NCBI GenBank assembly: GCA_030390025.1 | Contig: CM059432.1 | Span: forward strand, 34,846,001-34,910,000 | Length of the DNA stretch: 64,000 nt | Source of the DNA: Squalus acanthias | Taxonomy: Eukaryota | Direction of reading: 5' to 3' | In this document: one piece after another, positions 51,593 to 64,000 of the stretch | Layout: every line of letters starts with the position of its first letter | Position numbering within the stretch: position 1 is the stretch's first letter | Program-made: the position numbers and the translations under genes | Notes under the pieces: generated by a model | Databases searched by the model: none | Seen by the model: only the letters and a program-made list of their open reading frames with translations | Told to the model about the DNA's origin: nothing

Positions 51593-53215
51593 GAGACAGT
51601 GGAAGGAGATAGTATTGATTCATTCAAATGCAAATTAGATTGATTTCTCACAGAAAATAATATTTTGGGATACAGTATATGAGCAATTTGAGACATGACA
51701 TGTGGTGAGTGTAGCATGTGTGTGAGGAACAGGTGACTTTGAACCTATGGTTCCCAAAGCTTTCCACCACTGGGGGTTTTCCTCTCCTCGTGTCTGGGTC
51801 TGTTGTAGACTAATTGATAGAGATTGATTGCTACGATTAGTCAACAACTCCATTATCATTGTATCCTGCGACTACCAGGATGGTAGAAGGCGAACTAGAT
51901 GGACCTTGGCCTAATTGCATCTAACAATTCCTCTATTGCTATGTTAAACATACGGAAAGAAGATTAGAAAATAGGAATTGCTAGACGAAAAAAGAACAAG
52001 GTTCAACTAGTTCGCCTTCTACCATCCTGGTAATCACATGATACAATGAAAATGGAGTTGAGATTTCCTTTGTATCAGGTGCAATGGGCAGTCTGAATAA
52101 ATAAATGCAGCGATTTGACTTCGAGATCCTTGTCTCTATTTCCAAAACACCCCATGAGGTGTTGCCCTGCCCAATCTGAATGACGCACTGATTTAAGGTC
52201 CTGAAAGTTGGATCCGTTCCTCTGACACTGGATTACTGCTCATCCCCCACTCTCCCATCCAAAATCGGACGGCACTACCTTCCAGAATTTTCCTCCAAGT
52301 CATTTTGCCTCATTCTCTGTCTCCTTTCCCTTCCTAGAAACTGTTCTCTTTGACCTTGCCTCAGATCACAAAATGTCTTCCCCTACCCCGCTTCAAATCG
52401 AACTTTGCATCCTGCCCAGTGTCCATGTTAAGCACTCTGAGACATTTATTTCACCCAGGGAACACTGAGGTTGAATTCCTCTGGGGATTCTCCTGCATCT
52501 CCACCATAACTTTGATGGAAGAGCTGCAGACATCCCGAAAAACAACGGTTGGATGTGAGAACCCCCCGCAGAAAGTCAAGCCAGGATACATGACCAACGA
52601 GCAGGTTTTCAAGTGGAGGTTCCTGGCACCAAGTTGATCCATGTAGGGAGTCTGCTAAATTACTAAGTGTTATAACTTCTGGAATACTTGAAGAAATAAG
52701 AAAGTACTTGCATTCAAGACCATGCCATCAAATCATCCCATACTGAACAGTTTTTGCCAAATGTGATAGTCCTTCTGAGCCAGCAACATCCCACAATCAG
52801 TAATGAGATGATTAACCAGATAAGCTGGGTTTTTTTTGGGGGGAAAGGATGATGCCCAGGTCACCAGGAGAGCTCCATGCTCTACTTCAAATAGTGCCAC
52901 GGGATCTTTATCCTCCATCTGAACAGGAGACAGGCTCACAGCTTCACGTCTCATCCAACAGAGGTCATTTCTGACAGTGCAGCACCCCCTCAGTACTGCA
53001 CTGGAGTGTCGGTCGAGATTAGCCAGAAGGTGTGGAGTTCTAGCCCATAATATTCTTAATGAAGAAGCACGAGTGGGACCATAAAATGAAATAGTTAGAA
53101 GATAATCTTAGATTGGAAAAACTAGGGAAAGAAAGATCTTGCACGAATAGTGCCTTTCAACACAACTGGATATCCCAAAGTGCTTCACAACCAATGAAGT
53201 ATTTTTGAAGTCATA

Positions 53216-54082
53216 GGGGGAGAAATTCGGTATCGCCCCATTTGGGGCGCAATTATCGGCCGGGCGCAAAGTTTAGCGCCTGGTGCTAATTATCGCCTCC
53301 GACTGCAAACTTGGCTTCTATCACCCCTGGAGGTGATTGGAGCGCTAAATCAGGCGCTACACACCTCTCTTAAGGCGCTAACGCCGAGGAGCGAGGCGCT
53401 ACCTCAGAGCGCTGGTGAAACTCATGTGATGTCAGTTAGCAATGGAACAGACACACTGGCGCGGGCCAGTTCTTAAAGGGGAGGGTCGATCTTGCTCTCC
53501 ATCCACATCCTGCTCATTGCAGCCTTGAATCTCGGCCTGGAGAGACCTGTACATCAATTCTGCTGGAATGAACAATGGAGAGGCCCAGGGAAAGAGCTCA
53601 GAGTGCAGCCCCAAAGTCTCTTCTAAATCGATGCAAGAAAGGTCAAATCAAAATGAACCTGCAAAGTGTTGCTCAGTACCCAAAACTCCTTCACACAGCA
53701 TTGAATCTCCCCAGAAGTCTCTCTCTCTCACTCAGAATGCGTGGTGCAAAAATGTCGCCGACAAAAAAAGGCAGGAAGCGGTCGCCTTTAAATAGCGCTC
53801 CCCCAGTCCCTTCCCAACTGCAAAACGTTCCCCTCAACCTGTCGTTGCTAGCGGCAGGCGGAAAGGCAGGGGGCGCCACTCAATATCTGGTCCGGTGCGC
53901 TACCGGGGCGTTGCACGCTCGACTGATGTCACGATCTGCGGGCGCAGGAGATCGTGACGGTAGTGTTTAGCGCCGCTGCAAAATGTCTGGTCAATTTCAC
54001 GAGCGGCACAAACATCGCCGCGCCCCATTAGCGCCCTCTTAGGGCGCTACCGGGAGGCGCAAAGCAACTGAATTTTTCCCCC
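53216..54082 (+). mobile_element. MITE family A, copy 3
   Basis: TIRs GGGGGAGAAATTC / GAATTTTTCCCCC; ATA TSD. Confidence 0.92.
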
Positions 54083-56220
54083 ATAGAGTCATAGTAGTCA
54101 CTGTTGTAATGTAGGGAAATGTGGCATCCAATTTGTGCACAGCAAGGAACCACAAACAGTAATGAGAAAATGACAGTAATCTGTTTTAGTGATGTTGGTT
54201 GAGGGATAAATATTGGCCAGGACACTGGGGAGAGCTTGTCTTCGAATAGTACCATGGGATTTTTTACATCCACCTGAGAGGGCAGACAGGACCTCGGTTT
54301 TTAACGTCTAGCTGAAAGACGACACCTCTGACAGTGCAGTGTTCCATCTGTACCGCACTGGAGTGTCAGCCTCGATTATATGATGAAGTCTCTGGAGTGG
54401 GACTTGAACCCACAACCTACTGACTGAGAGGCGAGAGCGCTACCACTGAGCAACGGCTAACACCTGCCATGGCTCAGGAGCAGCTTTATGGTGCTCTTTG
54501 GGTGAATGGGAAAACAGACAGAGACCCATTGGGGGGAGGGGAAATTTTCAACATCCGCCCAAAATTGAGCATCAAGTCGGCGAAGCAGCCGCACCGACCG
54601 CCGGAGGCCGACACTGGGAAACCCGAACCATTTTCGGGTTCATGCCTCATTCGAATGCAGCCGGCGAGCTGTGGGCGTTAAACGGGAGGGGTAAGTTGGT
54701 TGGTTCCTATGCTGAGCCGGCCAATGGATCAGGCCTGGTGGCCGGCAGCTAATCCCTGGAGTAGGGTCGCAGTGTTTTGGTGGAGCTAGGGGGCGCTCTC
54801 CTGCTCCTTTTAGTCCCCACAAGAATAAAAGAAAAATAGTTTGGGGTCCTTTAGTGGAATGGCCACCAGTAGTCTCTTCAATCCAACAGCTTCATGGTCA
54901 CTTTTACCGATGCCAGCTTTTTGATTCCATTTTTTTTTTTACTGAATTTAAATGCACCAACTGCCATAGTGGGATTTGAACTCACATTCCCTGAATTATT
55001 AGTCCTGGTCTCTGGATTACTAGTCCAGTAACACAGGGAGATGGAGCCTCAATTTAACATCTCACCCAAGAGACAGCACTTCTGACAGTGCAGCACTCCC
55101 TCAGTAGAGTGTCAGCCTGGATTATATGCTCAGGGCTCTGGAGGGGGATTTGATCCCACAACCTTCTGACTCAGAGGCAAGAGTGCTATCACTGAGCCAA
55201 GGCTGAGCCAGCGAGGAGGGGGCAGGTGACTGAAGAACACTCTCTGATGGTAATCCACAGGGAGTGCGGACCAAGCAGGAAACCAGTCAGAAGAGCGCAG
55301 GTCGCACTCTGAGACATCCAGAGGCCTCGAGATTGGAAAAGTGAGACCACTAAGAGATATGAAGGTGAGGATGAGGTCATTGATCTCAATCTCCAAAGGG
55401 ACACAAAGCCAGTGAAGCTTGGTTAGGATGGGAGTGATGCAAGTGTGGGAATTTGTGTGGGTAAGGATATAGCAAAAGAGTTGTGGATAAGTTTGATGTT
55501 TGTGAAGAGTAGAGCTGGGAGTCAGGACGCTCAGTCGGACTAGGAAAACAGGAAGGGGTATGGAGCTAGGTGTCAGGAATGACAGTGGAGCTGGGAAACC
55601 AGGAGGAGAGTGTGACTGGGGAGACTATGAGGAGGGTGGGGATATGGAGATTGGGATATGTTTGAATCTCCCCAATCAGATTTCCGCCCCACCACAGCAC
55701 TGAAACAGTACTAAGCAAAGCGACAAAGGGCATCCTCTGTGACTGCGGTGCACTATTCCTCTTTGTTCTTTTCAATATTTGACACAGTCGACCGGGCCGT
55801 CCTCCTCCAATGCCTCTCCTCCATTGTGGGACTGCCTCGCGTGGTTCCACTCTTACCTATCCAGATGTGGCCATAGAATCTCCTGCAATTGCTTCTCTTC
55901 CCACTCGTGCACCGTTACCTCTGGAGTCTCCCCCAGGATCTATCGTTGACGTCTCTTATTCCTCATCTACATGCTGCCCCTCGGCAACTTCATCCGAAGA
56001 CATGAGGAAAAAAGGGATTTAGGTGTCCATGTACACAAACCACTAAAAGGTAGTGCAAATGTACAAAAAGGAATCAAAAAGGCGAACGGAATGCTGGCCT
56101 TTATCTCAAGGGGATTGGAATTCAAAAGCAATGAAATGATGTTCTAGTTGTACAGTGCCTTTTCAGGACCATCTGGAGTACTGCATTCAGTTCTGGGCAC
56201 CAAACCTCAGGAAAGATATA

Positions 56221-56592
56221 ACAACAGAAAACGCTGGAAATACTCAGCAGGCCAGGCAACATCCATGGAGAGAGAAACAGAGCGAACGTTTCAGGTCGAA
56301 GACCCTTCGTCAGAACTGAGAAAAAAGCAGGAAATGAAACAGATAAAAAAGCAAGTGGGAGGCTGGGGGAAGGAATAAAAGAACAAAAGGGGAGGTCTGT
56401 GATAAGTAGAGACATTAAGAGATGATCAAGGCGAGATGAGATGGTAATATGACAGGTTAAGAAACAAAAGATGGCTCAGAAGTGTGAAGTGTGAAATGCT
56501 GGCAGAATGAAAGACAGCTGCCGTGGGGGAGAGAGAGAAAAAAAAGGGGAAAAGGCACAAACCAAAAGTGTGGATAAAATATATAAAATATA
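56221..56592 (-). mobile_element. Penelope-like pLTR insertion (family 2) within a CR1 (56005-56940), with a hammerhead motif at 56281-56317
   Basis: 14-bp TSD TCAGGAAAGATATA (56207-56220, 56593-56606). Minus strand reads AGTT-CTGACGA-A-GGGTC-TTC-GACCT-GAAA-CG-TT. Confidence 0.8.
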
Positions 56593-57281
56593 TCAGGAAA
56601 GATATATTGACCTTGGAAGGGGTACAGCGCAGATTCACCAGAATTACACCAGGGATTAAAGGGTTAAATTAAGGGGCGCGGTTGCATAAACTTGGCTTGT
56701 ATTCCCTTGAATCTAGAAGGATGATCTACTCAATGTACTTAAAATGATTAAAGGAATCGATGGGATAGATACGGAGAAACTATTTCCTCTGGTGGAGGAA
56801 TGCAGAACAAGAGGGCATAATCTTAAAATTAGAGCTAGGCCATTCAGGAGTGAAATGAGGAAGCACTTTTTTCACAAAAAGGCTTGTGGAAATTGGGAAC
56901 TCTCTCCCCCAAAAGGCTGTGGGTGCTGGGTCAATTGAAATGATCAGGCCTGAGGTCAAGCCTGCTTCAAGTTGGCCTCAGCATTAGTCCAAAAAACTAG
57001 AAACTCAGGTGCTGGAAGCAATTCGTGGCTCATCTCCCTAATTTACACAATAGAGCTACAAAAGCAAAAACCTGATGAAAACTAGTATTCAGAGGAAGCT
57101 GGGGCCTTCAAAGGCTGAATTATGTAGAAAAGTCACTGCCCACACAAAGATAAGGCCCACCCCAATGGCATTGTTAACATTGGATGCAATCCAATTCCAT
57201 CCTTCCTTGACGTATATTCTTGATTTATTTGTTTTCATTCAGTTCTTTGCTTATACCCAGGGGTATGGTGCCAACATGAAT

Positions 57282-59095
57282 TCACATCAGAGGAGGGGAA
57301 AAAAGTTTTTTTTTGGCAACTTAATGACTTTTCAATCATGGGAATTGCTGAGAAGTGGTCCCCACCTGAAAATGCTAAAAACCTCCCTGTGCTAGTCACC
57401 GACTCCCAGACTAGCCACAGGTGGAGAGGCAGTAATTAGCACGCTCTTGTTCCCCTGCTGCGATCAGTCTTGTTGCTGTGCCAGGGGACGAGGACTCAAA
57501 GTTCTGTCATTGAGTGTTCTTGCTTGACCCAAATGTCGTGCCACCTGGACAAGGTCTGGTCTGATTCAAAGGCAGACGTATGTGATGAGGACCCTGGGCA
57601 CTGTCCGCTTCCACTCACCCAATCTCTGTGAGAGCAAGGAGACTCCAACTGTGATTTTTTTCTGCAACAATTATGTCTCTGATGGGGCCAACCGGCTCCA
57701 GGGCTGATCAGTGAGGCAGAATGACAATCTATCAAGCTGTGCTGACATTCTTCAAAGCTTTAGTTTTTACAGAAAACAAAAAAAATCTACTCCTGCAAAG
57801 ATCCTGAGCAAAGAGAAATGGCAGCGGATATTGGAGCGTCCGAGTGTCCCACCATGGAGAGGCAGGACGCTCATTAACATATTTAAATCGGGTTCCTACA
57901 GTGCAATTGGGAGCTCAATTTGAAGTTAACTGGCGCTATAAAGGTTTCCCAGGAGTCAGGAAACTCGGCAATGAATCGGAGGCGGAAGTTGCCAGCTCCC
58001 CAAGTTAAGTGGTTGTTTCAGCATTCCTTGTGGGCCAGGAGGGGCAGAAAGGCTCTCCCCAGGCCTCTCAAGGAAGCTTTCGGCCTCTCCCAGCCTTTCC
58101 AATAGCCGATCGTCCCGCCCGAACCCGATCGCCAGTGTAATATATGTGGGCAGAACAAATGAAGGACAGACAGGATGATTTGCTCGTTCATGTGCTTGCT
58201 TTACTAGGCCAGAGCGAACTGAGCATGCTCATACTAAACCATGTGACAAACCATGCGATAATACATTACAGCCAGCCTTCCCCCCATTCCGATTGTCGAC
58301 CTCATCCCCCTCCCGATTGCCAGGGATCGTCCCCAAGGATCCCTCCCACCTGCCGGCCAGGCTGTCCACTTGGCTGGCTGCCGGGCGCGAGGCGGAGTTA
58401 AAAGATGTTAATAAGGCCACTGCATCCCCAACTTTGCCAGGTTCTTCAGCCGTTTTCGGCCTCACCCACACCCTCACCGCCTCCCCATAAATATCGGGAC
58501 CAATGTCTCTGATGGGACCAACCGACTCCAAGGCTGATTGGTAAGGAAAAATTACAATCTAGCAAGCTGTGCTGAAACTCTTCAAAGCTTGAGTTTTAAC
58601 AGAAAAAAATAAATTCTACTGCTGCAAAGATCCAATAAATGGGAATGGGTTGAGGGGTAGAGGGGGAGGGTGGAAGAGCTTTCCATTAATTCAAGTGAGA
58701 AATGTGCTGCCCCACTCCAGCTCAGGTAAAGAATAGGTTTGATGCAGAGTAACTCTCTCCATACACTTCCCATTAGCCACCTAGGACAAGTACAGCAGGG
58801 GCCAGGGACAAAATAATACCCTTCTATGCTATCCCATCAAACACTCCAAAGTCAAATACAGCATGGTTTAAATACAAAGCAGTGCTCCCTCTACATGTTC
58901 CATCAAACACTCTCAGGTCAGGCACACCGTGGGATAGATACAGAGTACAATTTTCTCTACACTGTCCCATCAAACACTCCCAGGTCAGGTATAGCATGAG
59001 TTAGGTACAGAGTAAAGCTCCATCTATACTCTCCCATCAAACACTCCCAGGGCAGGTACAGCACAGGTTAGATACACAGTAAAGCTCCCTCTATA
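57282..59095 (+). repeat. Unclassified element, copy 2: ~600-bp body, MITE-like insert 57820-58501, partial body duplication, then about 5-6 units of a 67-bp array (58710-59095)
   Basis: Unit approximately CTACACTGTCCCATCAAACACTCCCAGGTCAGGTATAGCATGAGTTAGGTACAGAGTAAAGCTCCAT; unit starts at 58824, 58891, 58957, 59024 and 59091. Confidence 0.78.
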
Positions 59096-59658
59096 GTGGA
59101 GGGAGTATTCCTAACCTCCAAAGAGCCACCTCTGCTGAATCAATGTGACATTTCCTTCTTTCACATCAGCAATCTTTGGGCAGCCTTTTATTTATCATTT
59201 ATATCGCACATTCCAGTCTCAAGATATCCCAAAGTGCTTCACTGCCAATGAATTAACTCTTTTTGAAAGCGTAGTCACTGATGTTATATTGGCTAAATTG
59301 GCAGCTAATTTGAGGTCCTGCAAACATTAAATGAGATGAATTACCACTTAATCTGTTTTTAGTGGTGTTGGTTGAGGGGTGAACATTGACCTGGATACCT
59401 GGAGAATTCTCTGCTCCTCGTCAAATAGTGCCATAGGATCTTTTGCGTTCACCTGAACAGGCAGATAAGGCTTTGATTTTATGTCTCTTCAAAGGCACAC
59501 CTCTGATATCAAATAATTCCCTCACTACTGCACTGTGTGCTCAAACTTCAGAGCGGATCTGAGCCCACAACTTTGTAACACAGTTGGGACAGTGTAGCCA
59601 CCGAACCAAGAGATGCTTTAGTGTCAATTGTCTGATCATGGAAATTTTAAGCATCATG

Positions 59659-60238
59659 GGGGGAAAATTGAGTCGCACCTCATTTGGGGCGCTAACTTCG
59701 CTGGGGCGCTAAAAGTAGCCCGAAAAAATTAACGCCCCCACGGATGATTTTCCCAGGTAGCGCCCTGAGAGGGAGGAGGGGCGCTACTGGAAGCGCCCCG
59801 CATCCCTCTTGGGGCGCTGCGAGGCAATATCGCGGCACTACGTGGCGCTGCGGCACGTCACGCCGCGGTACTGCAGGCCTTCCTCCCCTTCTTAAAGGGG
59901 AGGGGCCTGGCGCAGTGCATCCCGGCGCCCAACTGGGCCACCAGGGATCGAGAGTGCCGGCAAACGAGTCCAGCACTCAAGAGGAGTGCCAGGCTCACGG
60001 AAAGCAGCTGGCACCCCGCGGGGGGGGCTTCACGGGGGCTGGGGACAGCAACGGGGCAGGTGCTGGCAGGCAGCCAGCAACAAAAATGGCCGCCCGCCAC
60101 CTCCCCTTTAACTAGCGCCGCCCCGGCCGCAGGTAGGCCCCCCTGACCCCGTTGGACATAGCGTTCGGCGGTAAGTCAGGGGGCGCTACCAAAGATCGCG
60201 GCCGGGGCGCGAGCGGGGCGCTGCGCACGGCGATGATG
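59659..60238 (+). mobile_element. MITE family B, copy 2 (right end missing)
   Basis: Collinear with 29900-30440. Confidence 0.8.
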
Positions 60239-60489
60239 GCAGCAAAGTATTAGTCTGGATTGGATTCAAACCCAGGCCTCAGAGGTGAAAGGTGGAGCCT
60301 GGACAAGGTGAGAGAGAGATTAGAGTCAAGATAAGAGGATACAGTGGAACAGCAGCAAGCTGAAACAATGAGTGTGGATGGACAGTATACAAATCTTGGG
60401 AAGGACATAGAAAGAAATAGCATGAGCTCCTGGATCAGTGATAATGGAGTTGGTGGGGAGAAGATCTCCTACAAATCTACTATGATTGC

Positions 60490-60772
60490 GGGGGAGAGCA
60501 CTTCTGGTACTTTACCGTGCTACTTCTACCCATTCACAAATCATGTGAAACTTTTATCTATTCACAAGGCAGGTGCACCGTCTGTCCTTTTACCTCTTCC
60601 CACACTATCTTTTAAAATCCCAACCACTCTTTCTTCCATGAGAGACATTTACATGTACTTCTTCCAACCAAAAGTACTGTCAATGGGTGTAAACATCTAG
60701 CCCCATATTCTCTGCCAGTGTGCTCTACGGTTCAAACACAGATTGCGTGACCATTTTGTTGAACACCTGCAG
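60490..60772 (+). mobile_element. Highly decayed Penelope GIY-YIG endonuclease remnant
   Basis: Fragments read as GTLPC, FTCTSSN..YC and KHRLRDHFVEHL, resembling the PLE motif FTCTSSNLVYCI...KRRLGDRFAEHL. Confidence 0.45.
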
Positions 60773-61084
60773 TAAGCAGTGACATATGAATTTACAAAAC
60801 ACTGCAAAAATTTGCCAGTAATATAATTGTCACAGTTTACACCAGCCCAGAAACAGCTGATTGAAGTTATTTATTTATCATGGGACAGCGGTTAACATAT
60901 TGTCCTTTTACATCTATGATTTCAGCGTAGCCTAGACAGACCAAGAGTTGTATGTTGTAACTGAAACCAGTCAGCATGACCTCAATTTATTTTTTTCCCA
61001 ATGAACATTTCACCATGTCTGGAGCTTGCTCACTGAGAATATACTGCTTAATATTGCATTGATACCCATTTTGTTTTCTACATA

Positions 61085-61433
61085 TCGACAAGGTAGATGC
61101 AGAGAGGATGTTTCCCCTCGTGGGGAAATCTAGAACTCGGGGGCATAATTTCAGAATAAAGTTTCGCCCTTTTAGAACTGAGATGAGGAGGAATTTCTTC
61201 TCTGAGGGTCGTAAATCTGTGGAATTCTCTGCCCCAGAGAGCCGTGGAGGCTGGGTCATTAAATACATTTAAGGTGGAGATAGACAGATTTTTGTAAGAT
61301 AAGGGAGTGAAGGGTTATGGGGAGCGGGCTGGGAAGTGGCTTTGAGCCCAAGATCAGCCATGATCTTATTGAATGGCGGAGCAGGCTCGAGGGGCCAAGT
61401 GGCCTATTCCTGCTCCTATTTCTTATGTTCTTA
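61085..61433 (+). mobile_element. CR1 3' end
   Basis: DKVDAERMFPLVGKSRTRGHNFRIK; tail TTCTTATGTTCTTAT. Confidence 0.85.
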
Positions 61434-61952
61434 TTTTGCCCTCAAGCATGACTTTTAGCTGCTGTGCATCACCATTTTAACTCCACCCCCCCATATTCCT
61501 AATCTGATCTTTCCAGCTTTAACCTCTTACAATGTTACAACTGGCACCAAAGCAAACTGTAGGAACAATGACTCATCCTTTTCCTTGGCACTCTGAAGGC
61601 CTCTGGTCTAAACATTGACTTCAACTACTTCAGACCTTGAGAAAAAACTTTCATTGATATAGCAACTTTCATGTCCCCAGGATGTCCCAAGGTGCTTCAG
61701 AGCTAATGAATTACTTTTTGAAGTGTAGTCACGGTTGTATTGTAGGCAAAAGTGGCAGCCAATTGGCACAGAGCAAGATCCCACAAAATGCAATGACATC
61801 TGTTTTACACAGAATTACATAGAATGTACAGCACAGAAACAGGCTATTCAGCCCAAAAGGTCCATGCCTGTGTTTATGCTCCACATGAGCCTCCCTTCCA
61901 CCCCTCTTCATCTAACCCTAGCAACATAACCTTCTATTCCTTTCTCCCTCAT

Positions 61953-63143
61953 GGCCGTGATTTTGCCGGCGCTCAGAGAGCGGGTTCGGAGGCGGGTCTG
62001 TTGTCAAAATTGCAATGATTGATGGCGGGTTGGGAACCCGCTGCGAACCCGCCTCCATGTAAGTATCCAAAGCGTCAGGCCTGCGATTTCAGAACAGACC
62101 CGACACCAAGCGGCGGGGGAGGCATTTAGGATACTTAACTGCTTATTAACTGCTTGTTAAATACTATTTTGCCAGCATTTTCCTATTTTCCCACATTTTC
62201 AACGGCATTCACGTCGTTCAGAGATCACATCAGGTAAGTATGTCGGGTGTTCAATCGAGCTGAATAGTTCCCAGCTGCAACTGCAGTATAAAATCTAACC
62301 TTTCACATCTGTTCAGTTTGCAATGTCAGAAGTTGCTGATTTCAGGATTGGGAAGACACATTTGATCTGTATCGAGGCTGTAAGTGTGTGTTGTAAACTC
62401 TATATGCACTGACACCTCCTTGGAATAACTTCTCTCCCCATTGACTGATTGCTTCTACCATCTCATCCTCAACTGCCATATATAACAGCAGAATGGCAAC
62501 AATTTATACTCTCTCATCCTGGTCCTCAGAATCAGAAGATGATCACCGCAGCAGAACCAGGCACAGCAGCAGCACCAACAACAAGAGCGCCGACTTTCTC
62601 CTCAGCCACCTGATGCTGCACAGGGCAGAGGCTGTCAGTGCAGGGCTGCACCGCGCCGCAGGAGATACCCCCAACACAGGGTTTACAGGCCGAGGATGAG
62701 CTTCCTCAACATGAGTGAGCAGCAGTGCCAAAGGAGGCTGAGACTTTCGCGAGAGGTAGTCGCTGACATTTGCACAATGCTGCAACAACACCTGCAGCCC
62801 AGAGAAGCGGGTGGACACTCCTTACCAGTGGCTGTCAAAGTCACCACCGCACTCAACTTCTTTGCGTCCGGCTCGTTCCAGGGATCAGCAACAGACATAA
62901 GTGGTATCTCCCAGTCGGCCGCCCACAGATGCATCACGCAGGTCACCGATGACCTCTTTGATACGCCCACCAATTACATCCACTTTTCCACTGATGAAGC
63001 CAGTGTTACCAAGCGGGCGCTTGGCTTTGTCAATCTGGCTGGCTTCCCACAGGTGTAGGATGTCATCGACTGCACCCATGTGGCCATCAGGGCACCCCAC
63101 CAGGACCCAGCAGCATTTGTAAACCGCAAGGTCTTCCACTCCC
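61953..63143 (+). mobile_element. Left part of a Harbinger transposon with a decayed transposase (62493-63143), interrupted by an RTE
   Basis: TIR-like GGCCGTGATTTT. Promoter region is collinear with 2630-3365. Encodes [21 protein letters not shown]...[17 protein letters not shown]...[15 protein letters not shown]...[10 protein letters not shown]. Confidence 0.88.
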
Positions 63144-64000
63144 TTCTTTCTCTTTCTTAGGCAGTCCCTCGGAACCGAGGATGACTTGCTTCCACATTAA
63201 AAATGAGTTTGCAGGTGACTGATGAGTCCAATGCGGGACCTACAGTCTCTGTCACAGGTGGGACAGACAGTGGTTGAAGGGGCGGGTGGGTGGGGTGCTT
63301 GGGTTTACGTGCGCTCCTTGCGCTGCCTGCGCTTGGCTTCCGCTTGCTCCCGGCGAAGAGACTCAAGGTGTTCGGCGCCTTCCCAGATGCTTCTCCTCCA
63401 CTATGTGCGGTCTTGGGCCAGGGATTCCCAGGTGTCGGTGGGGATGTTACACTTTTTCAAGGAGGCTTTGAGGGTGTCCTTGAAGCATTTCCTCTGCCCA
63501 CCTGGGGCTCTCTTGTCGTGCCGGAGCTCCGAGTAGAGCGCTTGTTTTGGGAGTCTCGTATCAGGCATGCGGACAATGTGACCCGTCCATCGGAGCTAAT
63601 CGAGCGTGGTCAAAGCTTCAATGCTGGGGATGTTGGCCTGAGCGAGAACACTGACGTTGGTGCACCTATCCTGCCAATGGATTTGCAGGATCTTGTGGAG
63701 GCAGCGTTGGTGGTACCTCTCCAGTGCTTTGAGGTGCCTGCTGTACATGGTCCATGTCTCTGAGGCATGCAGCAGGGCAGGTATCACTGTTGCTCTGTAG
63801 ACCATGAGCTTAGTGCCGGGTTTGAGGTCCTGGTCTTCAAACACTCTCTTCCTCAGGTGACCGATGGCTGCACTGGCACACTGAAGGCGGTGTTGGACTT
63901 CGTCATCGACGTCTGCCCTTGTTGACAGTAGGCTCCCGAAGTACGGAAAGTGGTCCACGTTGTACAAGGCCTTGTCATGGACTTTGATAATCGGGGGGCA
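63144..64000 (-). mobile_element. RTE LINE 3' part, same family as 43886-46352, running off the window
   Basis: Reverse complement is collinear with 45500-46350; NVDHFPYFGSLLS...SETWTMYSRH. Confidence 0.95.

Noticed and set aside
57582..57684. Box C/D snoRNA (GTGATGA...CTGA)
   Set aside because: No terminal stem or recognisable guide; lies inside a dispersed repeat present in both orientations.
58710..59095. CRISPR-like array
   Set aside because: Head-to-tail 67-bp units with no unique spacers, in eukaryotic DNA.

Overview
Vertebrate genomic DNA, most likely a shark or other chondrichthyan, judging from the Deu-domain SINE, CR1, L2 and Penelope repeat complement. The window is mostly transposon-derived. 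The only host coding sequence I can support is one 115-nt internal exon of TMIE (27343-27457, + strand); no other TMIE exon was recognisable, so most of the window is probably TMIE introns 1 and 2. Mobile content includes a decayed two-gene Harbinger (933-6507) with a second Harbinger nested inside it, another Harbinger transposase cut by an RTE (61953-63143), about ten Harbinger-type MITEs, a Tigger/pogo-type MITE, two large CR1 LINEs, two RTE LINEs, L2 fragments and two SINE families. Penelope-like insertions carry minimal hammerhead ribozyme motifs, including a near-perfect palindrome of about 475 bp with one hammerhead in each arm. There is also a 2.2-kb polypyrimidine minisatellite and an unclassified element ending in a 67-bp tandem array. 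Most ORFs in the supplied track are TE-derived or spurious. Family assignments come from motifs and recalled consensus sequences; no database search was run.
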